From positions 1 through 51,148 of the IMG/VR virus record IMGVR_UViG_3300017774_004509: a DNA stretch of 51,148 nucleotides. One strand, 5' to 3'. The position numbers and the translations under genes are program-made. The notes under the pieces are model-generated. The model was given only the letters and a program-made list of their open reading frames with translations. It was not told the DNA's origin and did no database searches. Below are positions 47,704-51,148 of this stretch, piece by piece (position 1 is the stretch's first letter; every line of letters begins with the position of its first letter). This stretch comes from a virus (lineage: Duplodnaviria; Caudoviricetes).

Positions 47704-49904
47704 ATGAGTTAACCAAATACTTAGTAGAGAGCCTACTTCTAGAAGAAGAAGGTATTACTGTGCTATTGCCAGGTGGATTTAAACCACCACATGCTGGTCA
47801 TCTACAATTAGCAGATAAATACGCAGAAAGACAAGATGTGAAGGAAGTTCTTGTAATGGTAGGACCTATTGAGCGTGAAGGTATAACTCGAGAAGAGTCT
47901 ATACGAATCTGGAATGTACTAGCTACAAGTTCAAAAATAAAAGTAATTCCAGTAAACTTTGATAATCCAATGCAAGCTGCTTATGAGTATGCTTTAAGAC
48001 TTCCAAAAGACTCAAAAGCAAAACTAGCAATGGCAGCAAGTAATAAGGGTGATGATGCTAAAAGATCTGATATCTTTGTACAAGCTGTTAATGAAAAATA
48101 TAAAACACAAGGTACAAAAGATGGTCGATTTATTCCACAAGGAGTGATGGCGGTTAAATTACCAGTGGATGTAACTCCATTAAATTATATTAATAGAACA
48201 GATGGATTTAACGGATCAATCAGTGCTAGCGTATTAAGAAAAGACTTACAGAAAAAAGATATTGAGAATATAAAATCGAACTATCCAAACCTATCTGACG
48301 AAGAGTTAGATAAGGTTATTAAAATCCTCTTAAAAAATCCAACACAACTTAAAGAAATGTCCTTTGACAAAACTAAAATAAAACAATTTATACAAAAGGC
48401 TAAGGATCAAGGGGGTATTGCTAAAAAGGGTTTATCGAAATTAGTACGTGGTGAGAAGCTGAGTGTTGAGGAAAAAGACGCACTTATAACAGCATTGAAA
48501 GCAGTAGGAGTAGCAACTATACCAGGTGGATCAATAATAGCACTTGGATCATATCTAGCACCTAAGATTAAAAAAGCTGCAAAGAATATGCTATCTGAAG
48601 GTGGTGCTGGTGGTCACATGGCGCATCCATTTGATTTTACAAGCACTGGCCAGGAGTTGATTAATGTATTTAAGAAGTCAATAGATTCAATAAAGAAAGG
48701 CGGCACCAGTGTAAAGATTGACGGTGTAAACGCATCAGTAAGATTAGCTGATATTAACGGTAAACGTGAGTTTGCAATGGATAGAGGATCAGCAAGTGAT
48801 CTTGATGTTAAAGGTATTACAACAGCCGATTTACCAAACCGCTTTCCATCTAAGGATGGCCAAGAACATGGATTTATAAAAATAGGTGGTAAGGTATTAA
48901 AGATATTTAATGATGCAATTCCATCCACTAAAAACGAATTAAAACAACTAGGTTTAATAGACAATCCAAATATCCTTCTAAATATCGAATACGTTGAGGG
49001 TCAAACAAATGTGATTGGATACGGTGATATTGGTAATTTCTTAGCTATCCATGGATTAAAAGAAATAAAACCTAAGAATATTGATCCAAAGACAAGCAGA
49101 GTAAAATCACGAGAAGCTTACAATATAAGCTATGATAAGCAAGCGATGCAAGCTTATATAAATAAGCTCAATGTTGTTGCACAAAAAAATGGTTTTAAAG
49201 TATTAGGTACTGTAGATGTTGAATTTAAAGCAACACCAAACCTACAAAGACCATTATCTGAAAAAATAACACTGTACCCACAAGGCACCCCGGTCGAAAA
49301 GACACTAGGTGATTGGTTGAAGGATGTTAAATTTCAAACACCACTTATCACTCGTCAACAATATTTAAAAGCAGCAGATAGTAAAAACATAGCACAGGAT
49401 TTCCCAAATCTCGATCCACAAAAAGTTGTCAACGATAGTGTTGTTTATACAGCCATTGTAAAATTGGGTGATGAGATTTTAAATAACGCAACTAGCGAAA
49501 TTGGTGATCTGGAAAAACATGAAGGTATTGTAATCACAGACGACTCAATTTATCCAGGCCGTCCTTTTAAGATCACTGGAAAATTTTTAACTCAAGGATT
49601 GCAAAGTGGATTTGGTGTTAAGGAAAATCTCACAGAAGAAAAAGAGATAGTAGCAACTGCACCTGCCTTAAATTTAAGATTACATTTCGAGCAGGATGTA
49701 GAGAGAGAAAGCCAGGCTATGCCAGGTGTAGATCTTAATATGGAAATAACAATATCATCTACCGGTGGTAAGAGATTTGCTAAAACACTGCAATCAAAAG
49801 AACAAGCACAAGCTTACTCAAATAAAGTCAAATCAGAAATAACACAAGCTTTTAAGGAGTTTGACGCTAAACTACAGAATCTATTTACAAAATATAAGTT
49901 ATAA
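47700..49904 (+). CDS. multidomain protein: HIGH-class nucleotidyltransferase + helical module + ATP-dependent ligase-like domain
   Basis: PGGFKPPHAGH (aa 24-34) and ISASVLR; KIDG (K339), NIEYV, EGIVI and FKITG ligase-type motifs; TATTTATA at 47688-47695. Confidence 0.7.
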   Translation: MNELTKYLVESLLLEEEGITVLLPGGFKPPHAGHLQLADKYAERQDVKEVLVMVGPIEREGITREESIRIWNVLATSSKIKVIPVNFDNPMQAAYEYALRLPKDSKAKLAMAASNKGDDAKRSDIFVQAVNEKYKTQGTKDGRFIPQGVMAVKLPVDVTPLNYINRTDGFNGSISASVLRKDLQKKDIENIKSNYPNLSDEELDKVIKILLKNPTQLKEMSFDKTKIKQFIQKAKDQGGIAKKGLSKLVRGEKLSVEEKDALITALKAVGVATIPGGSIIALGSYLAPKIKKAAKNMLSEGGAGGHMAHPFDFTSTGQELINVFKKSIDSIKKGGTSVKIDGVNASVRLADINGKREFAMDRGSASDLDVKGITTADLPNRFPSKDGQEHGFIKIGGKVLKIFNDAIPSTKNELKQLGLIDNPNILLNIEYVEGQTNVIGYGDIGNFLAIHGLKEIKPKNIDPKTSRVKSREAYNISYDKQAMQAYINKLNVVAQKNGFKVLGTVDVEFKATPNLQRPLSEKITLYPQGTPVEKTLGDWLKDVKFQTPLITRQQYLKAADSKNIAQDFPNLDPQKVVNDSVVYTAIVKLGDEILNNATSEIGDLEKHEGIVITDDSIYPGRPFKITGKFLTQGLQSGFGVKENLTEEKEIVATAPALNLRLHFEQDVERESQAMPGVDLNMEITISSTGGKRFAKTLQSKEQAQAYSNKVKSEITQAFKEFDAKLQNLFTKYKL

Positions 49905-49905
49905 T

Positions 49906-50406
49906 ATGTTACATTTCACAGGTCAAAATAAAAAGAGTGTAAAACACACAGAAGGTGATGTTTGGTTAGAAAACGGTAAAACTTGGACCATAAAAAATGG
50001 TATTAAACGTACCATAAACAAAATGGAAGATACTCGAAAATATTTTCTTGCACCATTAGCTTGTCCACACTGCAATAAAACCATGAAGCATTATCTAAGC
50101 CAACAATCATGGGATACCCACAGAGTATGCTTTAATTGTGTTATAGACTTGGAGCATGAAATTATAAAAAAGGGTGAGTGGAATGAATACACAAAATTAA
50201 GAAAAGAAGCAAATAGAAAAAGTTTTAATAAAGATCTAATCGAGTATTTACAAGACTACATGAAAGAAAATGTAAGTACTAAGCATGTTACCGAAAATGG
50301 TGAAATAGAAGCTTGGGTTGGAGAAGATAGGAAAAAAGTTTCGTCTATGGTTACTGAATATATAGATAAACTTAAACAAACAGAAAATGACACAGATGCA
50401 CATTAA
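49906..50406 (+). CDS. zinc-finger hypothetical protein
   Basis: CPHC...CFNC; start reassigned to ATG 49906. Confidence 0.7.
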   Translation: MLHFTGQNKKSVKHTEGDVWLENGKTWTIKNGIKRTINKMEDTRKYFLAPLACPHCNKTMKHYLSQQSWDTHRVCFNCVIDLEHEIIKKGEWNEYTKLRKEANRKSFNKDLIEYLQDYMKENVSTKHVTENGEIEAWVGEDRKKVSSMVTEYIDKLKQTENDTDAH

Positions 50407-51001
50407 CTTACTAGTCGCTTTCCTAACGGGCGTAGTAGGACCTATTGTGGTTATGTTAGTTAGAGAATGGATCGAAAAGAGAAAACAAAAGAAAGATCCA
50501 ATTAAAGAGGAATTGGAAGCAGCAACTCACGTATCAGATAAGTTGGATGAGTTAATTTTTGATTTAAAGTGTGATAGAGCTTGGATACTCCAGTTCCACA
50601 ACGGTGGTCATTTTTATCCAACGGGCAAATCTATACAAAAGTATAGTATGTTTTACGAGTCATTATCACAAGATACAGACTCGGTACAGGCATACCAGCA
50701 AAACATTCCAGTTAATCTATTCAGTAAGTCGCTCAAAGAGGTATACCAAAAAGGACACATTAGCATTCCAGATTATGCAGATCCACATGCACAGACTTAT
50801 GGGATGCAATATGTCGCTGAAGATTTCGGTACAAAAAGTCAATACGTTTTTGGAATACACAACATTAATGGTAAGCTTATAGGTTGTTTAGGCCTAGATT
50901 TTACAAAAAGAAAAACAAGATTAGAACCGTCACAAATTAATAATTTACACGTAATATCAGCAACTATTGGTGGCATATTACATAATCATCTTAAAAAATA
51001 A
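50387..51001 (+). CDS. single-TM + GAF-like domain protein, T4 holin T-like candidate
   Basis: N-terminal TM, then CDRAWILQFHNG...KSQYVFGI...KLIGCLGLDF GAF-like pattern. Confidence 0.55.
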   Translation: MTQMHINLLVAFLTGVVGPIVVMLVREWIEKRKQKKDPIKEELEAATHVSDKLDELIFDLKCDRAWILQFHNGGHFYPTGKSIQKYSMFYESLSQDTDSVQAYQQNIPVNLFSKSLKEVYQKGHISIPDYADPHAQTYGMQYVAEDFGTKSQYVFGIHNINGKLIGCLGLDFTKRKTRLEPSQINNLHVISATIGGILHNHLKK

Positions 51002-51002
51002 A

Positions 51003-51148
51003 ATGAGCACGATCAAACTACAAGAATTACTAGATGAAGATCTACGTCGTTGGGTAAAAGAAAAGTGGGTAGATCAACATGGTAAACCTTGTGGTAGTTC
51101 AAAAACTAAAGGTGTAAAAAAATGCAGGCCAAGTAAGAAGGTATCGAA
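51003..51148 (+). CDS. partial basic protein with IKLQELLDE leader
   Basis: MSTIKLQELLDEDLRRWVKEKWVDQHGKPCG...KCRPSKKVS; runs off the window end. Confidence 0.7.
   Translation, partial: MSTIKLQELLDEDLRRWVKEKWVDQHGKPCGSSKTKGVKKCRPSKKVS

Noticed and set aside
774-48964. All minus-strand ORFs in the track
   Set aside because: They are shadows of longer + strand genes, with no motifs or upstream signals.

Overview
AT-rich, gene-dense segment of a large lytic myovirus-type dsDNA phage, distantly T4-like, with essentially all real genes on the + strand. The host is most likely Bacteroidota: promoters fit TTTG/GTTG-N20-TANNTTTA, Shine-Dalgarno sites are rare, the tmRNA tag starts with Gly, and several proteins resemble T9SS cargo. 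Layout: (1) 1-3.3 kb, small early/accessory ORFs and small proteins with N-terminal 'MIKLxDxLxE'-type leaders; (2) 3.4-6.6 kb, three signal-peptide proteins resembling T9SS cargo plus small membrane proteins; (3) a complete tmRNA (6717-7113) with an unusually long 31-codon tag; (4) 7.2-13.3 kb, tail-fibre/adhesin genes, a second T9SS-like protein and a holin-like gene; (5) 13.4-16.9 kb, HD hydrolase and gp55-like late sigma factor; (6) 16.9-39.5 kb, baseplate/tail module (gp5-like spike apparently split around a GH108 lysozyme, gp25-, gp6- and gp7-like wedges, Ig/lectin and LamG proteins); (7) 39.5-44 kb, T7 endonuclease I-like resolvase, primase and a single-chain Mre11-Rad50 (SbcD-SbcC) fusion; (8) 44-51 kb, virion protein, a multidomain HIGH-nucleotidyltransferase/ligase-like protein with L-x-E linkers, and a TM+GAF holin-like gene. 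Three recurring upstream motif classes are visible, including a late-type TATTTATA often only 3-6 nt before ATG. All calls come from manual motif recognition; no database searches were run.
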